Origin: an uncultured Gammaproteobacteria bacterium | GTDB taxonomy: Bacteria; Pseudomonadota; Gammaproteobacteria; JACCXJ01 | Length of the DNA stretch: 64,000 bases | Assembly (NCBI GenBank): GCA_963764725.1 | Contig: CAVXTM010000011.1 | Location: 192,001-256,000 of the forward strand | Reading direction: 5' to 3' | Shown here: positions 40,415 through 51,800 of the stretch, in pieces | Numbering within the stretch: the stretch's first letter is position 1 | Layout of the letters: every line of letters begins with the position of its first letter | Made by a program: the position numbers and the translations under genes | The notes under the pieces: model-generated | Seen by the model: only the letters and a program-made list of their open reading frames with translations | Database searches by the model: none | Told to the model about the DNA's origin: nothing

Positions 40415-40950
40415 TCGGCGTCTCTAAACAATAGTCCCGCTGCATCCTTCGCCGAGAGGTGCGGCAACCCGATACCGATTAGCGGCCAAGCAACTCCCAA
40501 CTCAGAATCATTCCAGCGTAAGCACCGCTCGTGCTGCGGTGCGTAGAAGTCGGTACACTTATAGAATACCTCGGCGCTAGCACTCGTCACATAAAAGCCG
40601 TGCGCAAATCCGGCCGGTGCCCATAGCATTTTTTTATTGTCAGCCGAGAGCCATTCGCCCACCCATTGCCCGAACGTCGGGGAGCGCTTACGCAGATCAA
40701 CGACGACATCGTAGATTTCACCAGCGACAACGCGAACAAGCTTGCCCTGTGTCTGTTGGATCTGATAATGAAGCCCGCGCAGCGTGCCTTGTACCGACTT
40801 ACTGTGATTATCCTGGACGAAATTCACCTCGATTGCGTGCTCGGCGAATTTCCGTGCATGCCAGGTCTCCATGAAGAATCCCCGGTGATCGCCGAAGACC
40901 TCGGGCTCAATGATGACGACATCGGGTATGCGTGCAGGCCCGAATTTCAT
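40402..40950 (-). CDS. rfbC: dTDP-4-dehydrorhamnose 3,5-epimerase
   Basis: [26 protein letters not shown]. Confidence 0.95.
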   Translation of the reverse strand: MKFGPARIPDVVIIEPEVFGDHRGFFMETWHARKFAEHAIEVNFVQDNHSKSVQGTLRGLHYQIQQTQGKLVRVVAGEIYDVVVDLRKRSPTFGQWVGEWLSADNKKMLWAPAGFAHGFYVTSASAEVFYKCTDFYAPQHERCLRWNDSELGVAWPLIGIGLPHLSAKDAAGLLFRDAECFP

Positions 40951-41837
40951 GAAAGCGCGCTCTCGTCCAGCACTTGCAGGAGATACTGGCCGTAACCGCT
41001 GTTGCGTAGCGGCTCTGCGAGCCGCCTCAGCTGCCCAGCATCAATGTAATTGAGGCGGTAAGCAATCTCTTCTGGGCACGCGATCTTGAGTCCTTGACGC
41101 TGCTCGATCGTCTCGATGAACTGCGCCGCGGTAAGCAGGCTCTCATGCGTTCCGGTATCCAACCACGCTGTCCCGCGCCCGAGGATCTCGACCTGCAGCT
41201 TGCCGCGTTCCAAGTAACGCGCGTTCACATCGGTTATCTCAAGCTCCCCGCGCGCTGAGGGCTTAAGCTCACGCGCGACGTTGACGACCGCATTATCGTA
41301 AAAATAGAGCCCGGTGACGGCGTAATTCGAGCGTGGATTGGCTGGCTTCTCCTGCAGTCCCATCGCACAGCCACGGTCGTCGAACTCCACCACCCCGTAG
41401 GCCTTTGGGTTTTGCACTCGATAGGCGAAAATCGTGCCTCCGGCTGGGCGATCGTTGGCCTGGCGCAAGGTCTCGGTGAGATCATGGCCGTAGAAGATGT
41501 TGTCCCCCAAGATCAGCGCGCAGGGATCGCCGCCGATGAAATGCCGGCCGATGATGAAGGCCTGGGCCAGCCCATCGGGCGAGGGCTGTTCTGCATAGGA
41601 AAAGCTCATGCCCCACTGGTTGCCATCGCCGAGTAGATGGGCATAAGCCGGCAGGTCGCGCGGTGTCGAAATGATCAAAACGTGACGGATACCCGCGAGC
41701 ATGAGGGTCGATAACGGATAATATACCATCGGCTTGTCGTAGATTGGCATGAGCTGCTTGCTGACTGCATACGTCAGCGGATAGAGCCGGGTGCCCGATC
41801 CTCCAGCGAGCACGATTCCCTTTCGACGTCCGTTCAT
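40947..41837 (-). CDS. rfbA: Glucose-1-phosphate thymidylyltransferase
   Basis: [44 protein letters not shown]. Confidence 0.96.
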   Translation of the reverse strand: MNGRRKGIVLAGGSGTRLYPLTYAVSKQLMPIYDKPMVYYPLSTLMLAGIRHVLIISTPRDLPAYAHLLGDGNQWGMSFSYAEQPSPDGLAQAFIIGRHFIGGDPCALILGDNIFYGHDLTETLRQANDRPAGGTIFAYRVQNPKAYGVVEFDDRGCAMGLQEKPANPRSNYAVTGLYFYDNAVVNVARELKPSARGELEITDVNARYLERGKLQVEILGRGTAWLDTGTHESLLTAAQFIETIEQRQGLKIACPEEIAYRLNYIDAGQLRRLAEPLRNSGYGQYLLQVLDESALS

Positions 41838-41867
41838 CTAAGCCCGCTCGCATTCACAAGAGTTACT

Positions 41868-42142
41868 AGGACCTATCTCAAATTTGCCTACGCAGGATTG
41901 CTATTGTTGCAAGCTGAACAAAGCCTAAGAGATTCTCGGCATAATATTCCCATCGAACGAGGAGACGCCTTTGCCACTGAATCCAGGCGAAGAACCGTTC
42001 AACGAGCTAGCGTCGCAAACGGCGGGGTTTTGCGATTTCGAGCGGTGCTGCGCAATCATCTCGATGCCGTCTTTTTGGAGTCTCTCGTCGAGTTTATCAC
42101 TGTCATAGGCACGGTCGCCTATCAGGTTCTCGGGCTTCGCTG
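41868..42142 (-). mobile_element. IS5-family (IS427/IS1031-like) transposase 3' remnant
   Basis: Manual translation LIGDRAYDSD...VERFFAWIQWQRRLLVRWEYYAENLLGFVQLA; end TTTGAGATAGGTCCTAG. Confidence 0.75.
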
Positions 42143-42249
42143 CACTTAAAATGGTTGAATGTTTCGTTTCCCAATTCCTTTTGTTGAAAACTCGGAGATG
42201 CCCAGTGCAGCCTCAACGCCACGTTAAGAAACCGGTCTTGCGGCGGGCG

Positions 42250-43338
42250 TTAATGGGCGCCGATGGACTGGATCACCACCTTAACCGTCTTGATTAGGAT
42301 TTTTACGTCAAGCAAAAACGAGCAGCTTCGAATATATTGAAGATCGAGCCTCACCATGTCATCAAAGGACGTCTTACTTCGCCCCTCCACCTGCCAAAGA
42401 CCGGTGATACCGGGTTTTATCTCTAGAATTCGCCTGAGATGCCATGATTGGTATTGCTCAGCTTCGTAAGGAAGGGGTGGCCGCGGTCCAACCAGACTCA
42501 TGTCTCCCCTTAGCACATTGAAAAGCTGTGGAAGCTCATCAATGCTTTTTTTGCGAATGATTCTACCAATCCGGGTAACCCGTGGGTCAGATTGTATCTT
42601 GTACAATGGGTTTATCATGTCCCCTTGATTGATCTCTTCAAGCTTGCCGTTGATAAACTTTGTGATGTACTCTCGGTGGATTCGGTCATCCCCGCTGGAA
42701 TGCATGGATCGAAATTTGTAGAAGGTAAAAGGAACTCCCTTTCTACCCAAACGGATTTGCTTGAACAAAACGGGTCCTGGAGAAGTGGTTGTAATAAGCA
42801 ATGCCGTAATCAATATTACTGGCGACAATATTAGTATTGCAAGCAGAGAACCTACGATGTCAACGCCTCGTTTCAATAGATTCCGAAGCGAGATAGATTC
42901 TGTAGCATCCTCAAGAAAGAAAGGAGAAAGCGTTTCTGGATCCTGTTGTTCTGCTGAGAACCTATGAAAGATCTGATCAGGAAAAGTCGCGGTGACGATT
43001 GAGAAAGGAGGCTTTTCATGTCCGTTAAACAGCTTGCTAACACATTGTTCCGCCCCCTTCTCGGTGGTATCTGGAAAAATTACGCCTATGACATTGTCAT
43101 CGACGTATCCAATGATATCGGTTTCCCGTAGGTATTCCGGAAGCGGGGTTATAAATTCCTCAAAGTTATTCAGCTCATTACTCGTCTTGTTCTCAAAGTT
43201 GATAAGCGCAATAGTCAAAGGGGCCTTGGAGCGCTCTGCCCGGCGCCTCTCAATTCGCAAATGCTTCAGGAAGTAAGGCTTCGGAAGCAGCTTGGTCTGC
43301 AAGGAGCTTATCCTGTTATGTACGCTACGATGCGTCAT
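42250..43338 (-). CDS. Priming phosphoglycosyltransferase (Bac_transf) with N-terminal degenerate GGDEF-like domain
   Basis: C-terminal [47 protein letters not shown]; N-terminal residues 15-121 follow the GGDEF pattern with RETD (RxxD). Confidence 0.9.
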   Translation of the reverse strand: MTHRSVHNRISSLQTKLLPKPYFLKHLRIERRRAERSKAPLTIALINFENKTSNELNNFEEFITPLPEYLRETDIIGYVDDNVIGVIFPDTTEKGAEQCVSKLFNGHEKPPFSIVTATFPDQIFHRFSAEQQDPETLSPFFLEDATESISLRNLLKRGVDIVGSLLAILILSPVILITALLITTTSPGPVLFKQIRLGRKGVPFTFYKFRSMHSSGDDRIHREYITKFINGKLEEINQGDMINPLYKIQSDPRVTRIGRIIRKKSIDELPQLFNVLRGDMSLVGPRPPLPYEAEQYQSWHLRRILEIKPGITGLWQVEGRSKTSFDDMVRLDLQYIRSCSFLLDVKILIKTVKVVIQSIGAH

Positions 43339-43492
43339 AGTGTGGTCGTCACGGCGTCACCATCGCGGCTGGAAGCGCGCGTCAAGTCCGAAACTGAAGA
43401 GTCGAGAAGCCCTTGGATTTGGAACTTATTACGATTCCGGCAATGTTGTATAATCCAGTTGAAGGCATGGAATGTACCAATGGCTTGGGTTT

Positions 43493-44677
43493 TCATGCAT
43501 GCAAGGCGTCACGCAACGCTTGCGCTACTCGCTCCTGCTGTTCAAAGCTCATTCCTGGGAATAAGGGCAAGATGATACATGTGTCCTGCGATTCTTCGCT
43601 GTGTCGCAGTCGCTGACAGGATCCTCCAGGGCAGTCACAATGTTTCGACTTACCGCTACAAGACCAGCTACCGGGTGGATAGGCAGCTTCTCGGTGCGAA
43701 CACATCACCCCACGGCGTGTCGCCACACCGGCATCTAACATCGACTGCATCACTTGCCGCTGATTCGATTCCTCCGGGAGACGAACACAAAAGCTTTGCC
43801 AAGTGCTTCGCGCCCAATCAGGCTCCGCTGGTAACCCCATTCCTGGTATCTCGGAAAGGAGGGATCTGTAACGGGAAGCCAGATCCCGACGCCTGTTAAT
43901 AAGTCCAGGTAAACGTCTCAACTGCTCACAGCCAATCGCTGCCTGAATATCAGTCATCCGGAAATTAAAACCAAGGTCAGGGTAGGCCTCTACAATCACC
44001 TCAGAAGAATTATGCCGTGTGGTATCCGGGACGCTCATGCAGTGCTGCCGTAAGAGCCTAAAGCGGTGATCCCAATCGGCATTGTTAGTGGTGAGCATTC
44101 CGCCCTCGCCGGTCGAAATGACCTTACGCGGGTGAAAGGAAAAACACGCGATATCCCCATGTGGCTTGCCTATCCGTTCCCAGCTGTCTCTGATACGGAT
44201 TTCGCTACCAATGGCGCAGGCCGCATCCTCGATAACAGGTAAGCCGTAGTGTGAAGCAATATCCAGAATCCTTGGAAGATCGCACGGCATACCCACTTGG
44301 TGTACGCAAAGAATCGCTTTAGTCCGTTCAGAGATAGCGGATTCGATCAGCGTAGGATCGATGTTAAAAGTTTCTGGGCAGATATCCACGAATACAGGTA
44401 TGGCGCCGCAATAGCGGATACTGTTGGCCGTCGCGATGAATGAATGGCTGACGGTAATAACTTCGTCTCCTGGCCTTACGCCAATAGCGACCAGTGCCAT
44501 ATATAAGGCAGTCGTACAGCTTGAAACAGCGCAGGCGTGCTTCCCTCCAACGTAGTCGGCAAAGGCTTGCTCGAACTTCGTTACGTAAGGGCCTTGGCTA
44601 ATCCAGCCAGATTGCAGCACCTTTGTAGCCGCTAAGATTTCCTCCTCACCAATCCAAGGCTTCGTTATTGGTATCAT
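43493..44677 (-). CDS. DegT/DnrJ/EryC1/StrS PLP sugar aminotransferase
   Basis: VSSCTTAL, IEDAACA, FSFHPRK, GEGGM. Confidence 0.93.
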   Translation of the reverse strand: MIPITKPWIGEEEILAATKVLQSGWISQGPYVTKFEQAFADYVGGKHACAVSSCTTALYMALVAIGVRPGDEVITVSHSFIATANSIRYCGAIPVFVDICPETFNIDPTLIESAISERTKAILCVHQVGMPCDLPRILDIASHYGLPVIEDAACAIGSEIRIRDSWERIGKPHGDIACFSFHPRKVISTGEGGMLTTNNADWDHRFRLLRQHCMSVPDTTRHNSSEVIVEAYPDLGFNFRMTDIQAAIGCEQLRRLPGLINRRRDLASRYRSLLSEIPGMGLPAEPDWARSTWQSFCVRLPEESNQRQVMQSMLDAGVATRRGVMCSHREAAYPPGSWSCSGKSKHCDCPGGSCQRLRHSEESQDTCIILPLFPGMSFEQQERVAQALRDALHA

Positions 44678-44717
44678 TATCGATAAGTTATCCCTAAATC
44701 CTTTGCGCTCTGGATAA

Positions 44718-45452
44718 TTAGCGTGTACGGTGCGAGGTCTGCCCGACTTCGTGTGCGCCGCGCCACCCTATCACTATGGCTGGAACTCCAGCCACCTTGG
44801 CGTAGTCCGGGACATCGTGCACCACGACAGCTCCGGCACCGACGATAGCACCTTTCCCGATTGTCACACCCGGCAAAATCACCGCGTTAGTGCCAATATC
44901 CGCCCATTCTTTTACCCGAACCGGCTTAATCACCAAGTCGGTATGAATAATAGGCACGTCAAGAGGCAACCCCGTATGAGCCGACCCTAACACTTTTGCA
45001 CCCGGGCCCCAACCAACATAATTCTCGAGGATAAGATCACGAGCGTCGAAGAAACTCTGTGGTCCAATCCAGACGTAGTCGCCTAGCTTACAACTGCCGT
45101 CATACCGTCCTTGAATGTAGGCTTGGCTGCCGATAAATACGCCGCTACCAAGCTCAAATGTTTCAGGATGTTTAAAGCCAACTCCCGGTTCAACGCGCAA
45201 TCCATCGCCGCATACACGGATAAGCGCGCGCCACAATACACGCCGCATGAGGGAGTCAAAGTTACCGTAACCTTGCGAAAACCGGCTGTATAAATTGAGC
45301 AAATCTTCGCGAGTATATTGTTCACGCAATTCACGAGCTAACTCGCAAGCGTACATTGGATCGGGTGCTAGCTTCTGGAGGCCATGGACGGCTTTTACTA
45401 GGCGAGTTCCGACCGAATTATCGCTCGCCATGCTGGGCCTCGTGCACCGCAT
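44718..45452 (-). CDS. Hexapeptide-repeat (left-handed beta-helix) acyltransferase
   Basis: ILPGVTIGKGAIVGAGAVV, VAGVPA; start probably 45431. Confidence 0.9.
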   Translation of the reverse strand: MRCTRPSMASDNSVGTRLVKAVHGLQKLAPDPMYACELARELREQYTREDLLNLYSRFSQGYGNFDSLMRRVLWRALIRVCGDGLRVEPGVGFKHPETFELGSGVFIGSQAYIQGRYDGSCKLGDYVWIGPQSFFDARDLILENYVGWGPGAKVLGSAHTGLPLDVPIIHTDLVIKPVRVKEWADIGTNAVILPGVTIGKGAIVGAGAVVVHDVPDYAKVAGVPAIVIGWRGAHEVGQTSHRTR

Positions 45453-46524
45453 TGGAAACGGCCTGAATTTGCTTTTCTCGTAACTCGGGAAACATCGGAA
45501 GAGATAACAACTCGGCCGCTGCTTTTTCTGTTACTGGAAGATCCCCTGCTCGATAACCATATTCCTGATAGGCTTTTTGCATGTGGACCGGTACCGGATA
45601 ATGAATTCCAGTCTGAACTCCCTTGGCCTGCAGCGTTTCTTGTAAACCGCTGCGCTTTGGCGTGCGCACGGCATAGACGTGGTAAACATGGCGGGCGAAA
45701 GGATGTTCCACTGGCAGCTGTACACCTGCATCTGCCAATCGCTCATTGTAAAAAGTAGCATGGTGGCGCCGCGCTTCGGTCCACGCCTCTAAATAGCGAA
45801 GCTTCACCCGCAGTATCGCCCCCTGGATCCCCTCCATGCGGTAGTTATAGCCCTTTAAGACATGATTGTACTTGGACTCCTGGCCCCAATCGCGGAGGAG
45901 GCGTATCACCCGCGCATACGCCTCGTTGTTCGTTACTACCATCCCCCCTTCACCACAAGCCCCTAAATTCTTACCGGGGTAGAAACTAAAACAGCCCAGA
46001 TCGCCGATAGAACCGATTCGCCGGCCATTGTATTCCGCGCCGTGGGCCTGCGCGGCGTCTTCGATAACGACTAGACCATGGCGTCGGGCGATCTTCAGGA
46101 TGGGGTCGAGATCTGCTGGATGACCGTGCAAATGTACTGGAATAATCGCTTTAGTCCTATTGGTAATGGCGCTCTCGACCTGAGTAACGTCCATACAAAG
46201 AGTTTCGGCATCAACATCGACGAAGATTGGTCGTGCCCCTGTATAGTCGATAGCCGCGACTGTCGCGACAAAAGTACAAGAAACCGTTATGACTTCGTCA
46301 CCAGGGCCGATTCCCGCTGCCAGCAACGCTAAATGGAGGGCGCTCGTACCACTGTTAACACCGACGCCATATTTCCCGCCGCTAAAGGCAGCAAATTCTT
46401 CTTCAAAGACCGCCACCTCACGCCCCAGCACGTATTGCGTGCTTGCTAAGGTAGCGTTGACTGCTGCTTGGATTTCGTTTTTAATACTCTCGTACTGCGC
46501 CTTAAGATCAATAAATGGAATCAC
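45418..46524 (-). CDS. DegT-family aminotransferase (WbpE/WlbC-like)
   Basis: IPFIDLKAQY, NSGTSAL, IEDAAQA, FSFYPGKNLG. Confidence 0.92.
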   Translation of the reverse strand: MIPFIDLKAQYESIKNEIQAAVNATLASTQYVLGREVAVFEEEFAAFSGGKYGVGVNSGTSALHLALLAAGIGPGDEVITVSCTFVATVAAIDYTGARPIFVDVDAETLCMDVTQVESAITNRTKAIIPVHLHGHPADLDPILKIARRHGLVVIEDAAQAHGAEYNGRRIGSIGDLGCFSFYPGKNLGACGEGGMVVTNNEAYARVIRLLRDWGQESKYNHVLKGYNYRMEGIQGAILRVKLRYLEAWTEARRHHATFYNERLADAGVQLPVEHPFARHVYHVYAVRTPKRSGLQETLQAKGVQTGIHYPVPVHMQKAYQEYGYRAGDLPVTEKAAAELLSLPMFPELREKQIQAVSNAVHEAQHGER

Positions 46525-46642
46525 GCGTTTAACCCTTCTTTAAAATTCATTTCGCATCTCGCCAGTACCTAGGCTGTAAACCCATCCAGCGACCGCAGAG
46601 GAGATCAATACAACCGTAACTTCCGCTCCTTCGACAGTAATT

Positions 46643-47713
46643 TTATGCAGCCTGGGTTCTGAAACTCGTTGACACGGTCTGCCGCCGCAAAACCCCGGGG
46701 ATTCCACCTACTTCCACCGGGCGGCCGCGTTCATTCATGGAACGAGTTGCCGCTTCCAAGACGCGTACGACCCTAACCCCTGCGTGCCCATCGCTGATCG
46801 AGGTTTCGCCTCGACTGATACAACGAACGAAGTGCTGCCCTTCGACTCGGAGTGCCTCAGTGATCTCTAGCTGAGGCGCCCACATGTCGCCCGTCCGATA
46901 CCCTACCATCGTGTTATAGAGCGCTTCCTTACTGCCGTTGACGGTAATCCCTTTGTCGTACACTTTTATCTTCTCACTGGGCTCCAGATCATCGTAAACG
47001 ATCATCTTTTGGCTTCCACCGATAAGTGTTCGACGCACTTTCACCGGTGCCAGCCAATTGACGTGTATATGAGCGATCGCATTTCCGTCAAAAAACAAGG
47101 TCAAGTAAGCGGTATTCGCGAGCGTTCCCGGAACGTGGTTCATTCCAGTTGCCGAGACTGCAATTGGTTTCAAAGGACATATGTAATCCATGATTGAAAG
47201 GTCATGAACTGCCAGGTCCCAGATCACATCAACATCGGGCCGAAACAAGCCGAGGTTAATTCTGGTCGAATCGTAATAATACAGGTCTCCGAGTTCACCA
47301 TTCGTGACAAGTTGGTGAATCTTTTGGACCGCGCTTGTGTAAACAAATGTATGATCGACATGCAGCAGCAGATTGCGCTTTTTGGCCTCCGCGACAAGGC
47401 TGGCCCCCTGTTCAGCGGTTTCCGTAAGCGGCTTTTCGATGAAGACGTGTTTTCCAGCGTTCAGCGCCCGTGAGGCCAACTCAAAATGACTGGATACCGG
47501 TGTCGCAATAACAATCGCATCGATTTCAGGATTCGATAACAGATCTCGATAGTCAGGGGTGATATGAACAGTTGGATATCGCGCTTTCACCAACTGTAGT
47601 CTTTGCTCCTCGAGATCACTAACGGCAACAACTTTGGCATCCGATACTTCCATGAAGTTGCGAACTAGGTTCGGACCCCAATACCCATATCCAATGAATC
47701 CCATCTTAATCAT
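46643..47713 (-). CDS. Gfo/Idh/MocA oxidoreductase (WbpB/WlbA-like sugar 3-dehydrogenase)
   Basis: IGYGYWG, IEKP, WDLAVHD. Confidence 0.9.
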   Translation of the reverse strand: MIKMGFIGYGYWGPNLVRNFMEVSDAKVVAVSDLEEQRLQLVKARYPTVHITPDYRDLLSNPEIDAIVIATPVSSHFELASRALNAGKHVFIEKPLTETAEQGASLVAEAKKRNLLLHVDHTFVYTSAVQKIHQLVTNGELGDLYYYDSTRINLGLFRPDVDVIWDLAVHDLSIMDYICPLKPIAVSATGMNHVPGTLANTAYLTLFFDGNAIAHIHVNWLAPVKVRRTLIGGSQKMIVYDDLEPSEKIKVYDKGITVNGSKEALYNTMVGYRTGDMWAPQLEITEALRVEGQHFVRCISRGETSISDGHAGVRVVRVLEAATRSMNERGRPVEVGGIPGVLRRQTVSTSFRTQAA

Positions 47714-47806
47714 AAGTAATTCCTTTTAATTAACAAAAATCGTTACCGGATCTTGTGTATCCTCACTCTTTCACTGCGCATTCCGACGATCATGAGTTCC
47801 AGCTAA

Positions 47807-47822
47807 GGCATTATTCATGCCG
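47807..47822 (-). promoter_or_regulatory. Possible internal sigma-54 promoter or palindromic site
   Basis: CGGCATGAATAATGCC = GG-N10-GC, ~95 nt upstream of 47713; palindromic, so orientation is ambiguous. Confidence 0.3.
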
Positions 47823-48134
47823 TTATTTTCTGCGCCTAAGGACCTCGAAAGCTGCTGCCTATTTCTAATTCACCGAAAACAAATACCGCGGGTCGAGAGA
47901 CCGGAAGGTCGCGCGAAGCGGGCGCAAGGGGGATTCATAGCTCTCTAAAACCTCGTGGAACAGCGACGAATGATCCGTGCCGCTCGGTTAGCACAAACTG
48001 GCTAAAAACTAACGGATCGAAAATTACCTACCAGTAAAGACGCGACACGAGGTATTCCGTGTTGTACTGGCCGACCTCGATATTACATATGTCGTTAAAC
48101 GGCAACGCGAAAACCATCGACGAACTCATGCGAG

Positions 48135-48686
48135 TTACTCGGTTTTTCGAGTATCGCCAATGACCTTCGCGGGTACACCGGCTACGATGGCATAATCTGG
48201 CACATCGCGGGTGACGACTGCGCCGGCGCCCACAAGAGATCCTTCTCCTATTGTAACTCCAGCCAGAATAGTGGCATTGCTACCTATCGCAGCACGTGTC
48301 TTTATTCGTGTACGAATCACTTCCCAATCGGCTTCCGTTAGTAGGCCACCCGCGGGATTAACAGCTTGTGGATAGATATCATTGGTAAACATGACACCAT
48401 GGCCAATAAATACCCCGTCTTCGATATCTACGCCAGCGCAAATGAATGTATGACTAGATATCTTGCACCTCGCGCCGACGGACGCGCCTTTTTGTATCTC
48501 GACAAAACTGCCGATCTTCGTGCCCGCGCCTACTATACAACCATACAAATTTACTAAGTCAGGGTGATGAATTACTACGCCTTCTCCAAGGCAAACATCT
48601 TTTGCAATCATGGTATTGTTTAACCGTCCGCTACTCTTTTGGTAAAATTTCGAGACCAGATCAACGCAAGTTGCTCTTAGATACAA
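48135..48686 (-). CDS. Hexapeptide N-acetyltransferase (WbpD/WlbB-like); start probably 48611
   Basis: VNLYGC, FVEIQK, KISSHTFIC, GHGVMFTND, VAGVPAK. Confidence 0.9.
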   Translation of the reverse strand: MYLRATCVDLVSKFYQKSSGRLNNTMIAKDVCLGEGVVIHHPDLVNLYGCIVGAGTKIGSFVEIQKGASVGARCKISSHTFICAGVDIEDGVFIGHGVMFTNDIYPQAVNPAGGLLTEADWEVIRTRIKTRAAIGSNATILAGVTIGEGSLVGAGAVVTRDVPDYAIVAGVPAKVIGDTRKTE

Positions 48687-48807
48687 ATCCTTCTTATTGC
48701 ACGCTGCTCAAAATATCCTGCCGTCCACCGGACTGCGCATTGAAGGCGGCGGATAATATTCCAAGCGGCGCGCGTTGTGTGTACCTGGTCAACGACTCAC
48801 ACCTTCC

Positions 48808-51800
48808 TTACTGATAGGTCACTTGAACCGCAACGCTGTCCAACGAAAAGTCGCGGGCCGTAGAGGAAGCCACGTCGATGATGCGAACCCTGAAATTGGC
48901 GTTGGAAAAATCACCCGCAGTCCAAGTTCGCCCCCAAGTATTCGTCGCACCGCCCAAGGTATATACAACGTTCGTCGTAGTCAGGTTTGTCGTACTCAGG
49001 GCCGTGGTCCACGTTGTGCCGCCGTCCGAGGAGAGCTGCACACACATCCTCGGGGCGTTCGCAGTGCTATCGACCCTCGCGTGTAGGCGGACCTCAATGC
49101 CCCTGATCGATGCCCCGCCCGGCACATTGAAGTTGTAGTTGAAGTAGTTGTGCTTGTCCTTGCCTGCGTTGGTACATGACGTATTCGTGTTCGTACCGCT
49201 GTTGGTGTCGATAGCAAACTGGTCATCTGCGATGTAGGCGTTAGTAGGAGCGGTCTGGAACCCGTTGTTGTCGCCACCGCTAACCGCTGCGTTAGCACTC
49301 GGGGCTAAGAAGCCCGTACTTGTAATCGGCGGAGCGGGCTGCACGGTCAGCGTAGTGTTCCCCGAGACGGCGCCCGAGGTCGCCGAGATAGTCGTGGTGC
49401 CAGCGCCCGTGCCCGCCGTTGCCAATCCCGCGCTATTGATGGTGGCCACCGCCGTGTTCGACGAGGCCCAGGTTACCTGAGTAGTTATGTTCTGGGTGCT
49501 GCTGTCGGAGTAAGTGCCTGTGGCCGTAAACTGCTGCGTTGCCGACGTTTGGATCGTCGGATTTGCGGGCGTCACCGCAATCGACGCGAGTGTCGGGGCG
49601 GTCCCTGGAATGAATACCACGTCCACCCAGTAATTGCTGGAGGCGAAGGTGTTGGTCGGGAATCCCCCCGCCCCGTACAGGTACACCCCGTTGCCCCCAC
49701 TCACGCCGTTCTGCAGCGCATGCAGCGGGGGGGTGTCAACACCGGTGGTGGTGAAGCCCCCTTCATTGAGCGCGTAGTGCCCGTTAGGGGCGTGGTACGA
49801 AACCACATAGACCGTGTTGGCCGTGATCGCCACCGGGCTCGAGAAGTTCACCTGCTGCCAGCCCGAGGCGGTCTCGTTCGTAAAGGTCGCCTGCGCTAGC
49901 AATGTCCCACCGCTGCTCCATAACTTACCTACATGCGTGCCGGTGTTCGTACTGCCCTTGTAGAACCGCACCCCGCACGCCGTGCCGTTGACATCCGAGC
50001 GGAACTTGACCCCCAACTCCACCGCCGAGGTGTCCGGATCTGCAGCCACCGCCGGAACCGCCGTCGCCGGCCAGATCGTGTTGCCGGTACAGGTGGCGGC
50101 GGTCGCGGTAGTAAACGACCACGTGTGGTTGGCGGCGAGCGCATTGCCAGCCACATCCTTCACCCGCGGATCGGTCGCTCCGCCCTTGACGGTGGCGGTA
50201 TAGGCCGTGGAGGCGGCTAATGCACTGGTCGGCGTCAGCGTCGCCGTGTTGGCATTGTAGCTGACCGTAGCCGGTACCAAGGCGTTGACTGAGTCCCGCA
50301 GCTCGAAGGTCGAGCCAGTGATGGTCAACTGGTCCATTGCCTCGCTGAAGGTAGCCGTGACGGTTGTCCCGGTACTCACACCTGTGGTGCCATTTCCGGG
50401 GGAGGTCAACGTCACGGTCGGCGCCGTCGTATCAGTTGTCTGCGTAGTGGCCGAAGCCGTGTTGGAGTAGCCACTGAAATTAGGCACCGCATCGGCCGCA
50501 CGTACCCTATACCGGTAGATCGTGCCCGCCGTAAGCCCAGTATCCGAAAAGGCCGTACCAGTCGGCGTCCCTATTCGGACAAAATTGGCGCACCCCGTGC
50601 CTTGACAACGCTCGACCTCATAACCGGTCACGCCCACGTTGTCCGTCGCGGCCGTCCACGTCAGATTGATCTGCGTAGTCCCTACCGCCGTTGCGGTAAA
50701 ATTCGTCGGATCCGTCGGCGGCATCGTGTCCGGTGGCGGAGGCGCACCCACCGGTGTATTCATGTCGGTTTGGATCTCGGCCGCCGTCAGCACGCGGCTG
50801 TAGATCCGGACTTCGTCGATTAGGCCCGCGAAATATTCACCCCAAATGGAATTCCCGCCGACGCGGAGCGGTGAGGTCGAACTGATTATCGAACCGCCAG
50901 CGGCTTGGCTACCGGCTTGCGCCCCATTGACAAAGAGCCGCAGCGTCGTGCCATCGTAAGTGACTGCGAGGTGTGTCCAGGTGTTGAGCGGAAGGCCGGT
51001 AGCACCGATCGCCTGGGCGTCTCCGCTGCCGGTATTTATATACGCTGAGGGACGCGGCGCGTTATCGTGAGCATATAACGTATAGGCGAGCCCACCGGGA
51101 CGCTCTTTCATGATTACGGTCTGCCAGCCACTAAGCGCACTGGGGTTTACCCAGGCCTCAAGCGTCATGGTGGTCGTGAAGTCAAGCGTCGCTCCATCGG
51201 CCACGGTGACCCAGTCGTTGGTTCCATCGAAGCTCAGCGCGTTATTAAAACGCCCCGACGTGCTCCAGGTCGCTCCGCTGATTGTGCCCGTATGCCCATT
51301 GCCGGTCGCGTCGCTTGCCGACGTACCGGAACCTTCAGCAAACGCATAGGCCGCCACGAGCTGGCCCGAACCCCCGCCGCCACCGCCCACGGTGACGTTT
51401 ACACCCGCCCCAGGCGTTCCGAGATTCCCGCTGTCGTCCACCGCACGGCTCCGAATCGTCACATTCCCCGATGCGCTTGGGAGCCAGGTAAAGCTCCAGT
51501 TGGAGCGGCCGTTGGCTGGAAACCAAGTTGATCCGCTATCGACCGAGACCTCGACACCACCGACCACACCGCCGCCCGCATCGGCCGCGGTACCGCTGAT
51601 CGTCGTCGGACTGCCCGCCGGAAGGTTCGAGCCGCTGGTTGGCGAGGAGATCGCGGAGCTAGGAGCGGTCGTATCGCTCGATGCGGTCGCGGGAACCAAG
51701 TCTGACTGCCGTGTGGCGGGCTGCACGCCCATGTCGGCAAATAGGTTTAGGGTCGCCTGGCGCATGCGGACGTCGGCTGCCGTATTGCCTCGATCGTGGT

